64,000 nt of DNA, taken from the NCBI RefSeq assembly GCF_006345805.1, contig NC_043019.1, positions 124,001-188,000 on the forward strand. The letters run 5' to 3'. The first letter of the stretch is position 1; each line of letters begins with the position of its first letter. A program made the position numbers and the translations under genes. The stretch comes from Octopus sinensis. Its lineage: Eukaryota. Shown here piece by piece: positions 62,519 through 64,000 of the stretch. The notes under the pieces are model-generated. The model made no database searches, had not been told where the DNA came from, and worked only from the letters and a program-made list of their open reading frames with translations.

Positions 62519-63587
62519 TACGGAATCACCCGTCGCCGCTCGCCCGAACGGGCAAGTTCGCCACGGAACCCAAAGAGGAGAGATACCCTACACAACAACA
62601 GCAGCAACACAGAGAGATACAGAGAGGCAACCGAGAGAGACACAAAACGGCAAGGCAACAACTGGCTTACATTTAACAACTAGTTTATGACAATCAATGG
62701 TTACAACATCAAAGCATTTAAAGGAAACAACAAATCAATACAGGTATACAACAGATCAAAGCATTTAAACATGCAAATAACAATATAACCGTCCGGTAAC
62801 GACACAACAAGGTCAATATATCAGCATTTCAAAGGTACACGTCCGAAGACACAGTTCTATTTCAAAACACATCACAGATAACGTTCACAGTTCTTTAAAG
62901 TCTTTTTCTATTTTCTTTTGCAACATGTATCAACACAATTCTGAACATAAATACCACAACTCGATAATCGACACATCGACAAGTCCTTTTCTCAATTCAC
63001 AATGTTCTTTTCACTGTCTCATTTCTTTTCACTGTTCATTTCGATTCCTTGTCCTTCTTTTTCTACACATATCAATACACAATTCACGTACCTTAATTCC
63101 TAATTAGAATTGCCAGTGTCCCATATTGTAGTTCCTCTCCAACGGCCGCCTATCTCTCTGTATATATCTCCTTCTGTCCCAATGCTCCAAAACCGCCAAC
63201 TACTTGCTCTGACGACCAAAATCCGACTGCTCTCTTTGACGACCGAATACCAACTGACCCTCTATCACTACCCCTCCATCTGTCTCTACTGCTTATACCC
63301 TCTCTATCTGCTCTCAGCCTTAACTGCCTAACTCTACCGCGCTGCTGCTGTCATTCTCTCATGACAGCTCTCAGATCCCTTACTCTATCTTTCTCACTAC
63401 TGCTAGATTCTTCCTCTTCTTCGGCCCTCACATCTCTCTGACCCCCAATCGACCGCACAAGGCCAAAAGGTCCCTCCAAAAAGCCATTACTCTTCCAGTA
63501 AACAAAGGGCTGTTGCTTTTCTTCCAGACGTGCCGGCGCCACTCCCAAAAGTGGGTCAAGAAATACTGCACTAGCCAAACCATAACA
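62516..63587 (-). mobile_element. Probable solo LTR (mirror of 8988-10059)
   Basis: Reverse-complement identity. Confidence 0.5.
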
Positions 63588-63859
63588 ATATATATATATA
63601 TATATATGTAAAACTTAGATATGTTTCGACCAAAGATTGGTCCAGGCCATGTCTAATACACACACATACATATATATATATGTCTGTGTGTGTGTGTGTA
63701 TAAAATATGAATTAGAGATAAAACAACTATTATGCAACTCAAACAGTGATAGACATAAACCAATACATAAATAACAAATAATATGTATATAATTTTATAT
63801 TTTTTATATGTTTATTATTTATTTTTATTTTGTGTATATATATATATATATATATATAA

Positions 63860-64000
63860 CGGGAAGCTTTATGAAAATAGACAAAAGACGAAGGCAGGTG
63901 GAAAACAAACGAACAATTGTATTAGTATGGCGCTCAGGAAATATAAATAAAACAAGTCTTTAACGTTTCGAGCCTACGCTCTTCAACAGAAAGATACACA
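63860..64000 (-). mobile_element. 3' tail of a Penelope element running off the window edge
   Basis: Reverse complement of 8575-8718. Confidence 0.75.

Overview
Eukaryotic, AT-rich and microsatellite-saturated DNA. The SINE families look like those I recall from octopus (inference, not a database result). The only host gene I can support is the 3' end of an EXTL3-like exostosin glycosyltransferase (GT64 domain): four GT-AG exons on the + strand, 16781-28989. Its upstream exon(s) are not visible. The rest is mostly mobile DNA: three Penelope-like elements (PLEs) with RT/GIY-YIG coding remnants, many PLE-type terminal repeats, a near-intact 5.3-kb Tx1-clade LINE (56616-61944), RTE and R4/Dong-like LINE fragments, Helitrons, mariner fragments, a probable solo LTR and many tRNA-derived SINEs. 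Reading by eye gave 14 minimal type-I hammerhead ribozyme motifs, nearly all with a palindromic stem III. The main finding is that the Tx1 LINE sits, with a 20-bp target-site duplication, immediately 5' of the hammerhead in a ~352-nt retrozyme-like tandem unit, and an empty copy of that site is present at 5830-5849. Positions 8575-13084 are a near-identical inverted copy of 59495-64000 and end at a 100-N gap, so this duplication may be an assembly artefact.
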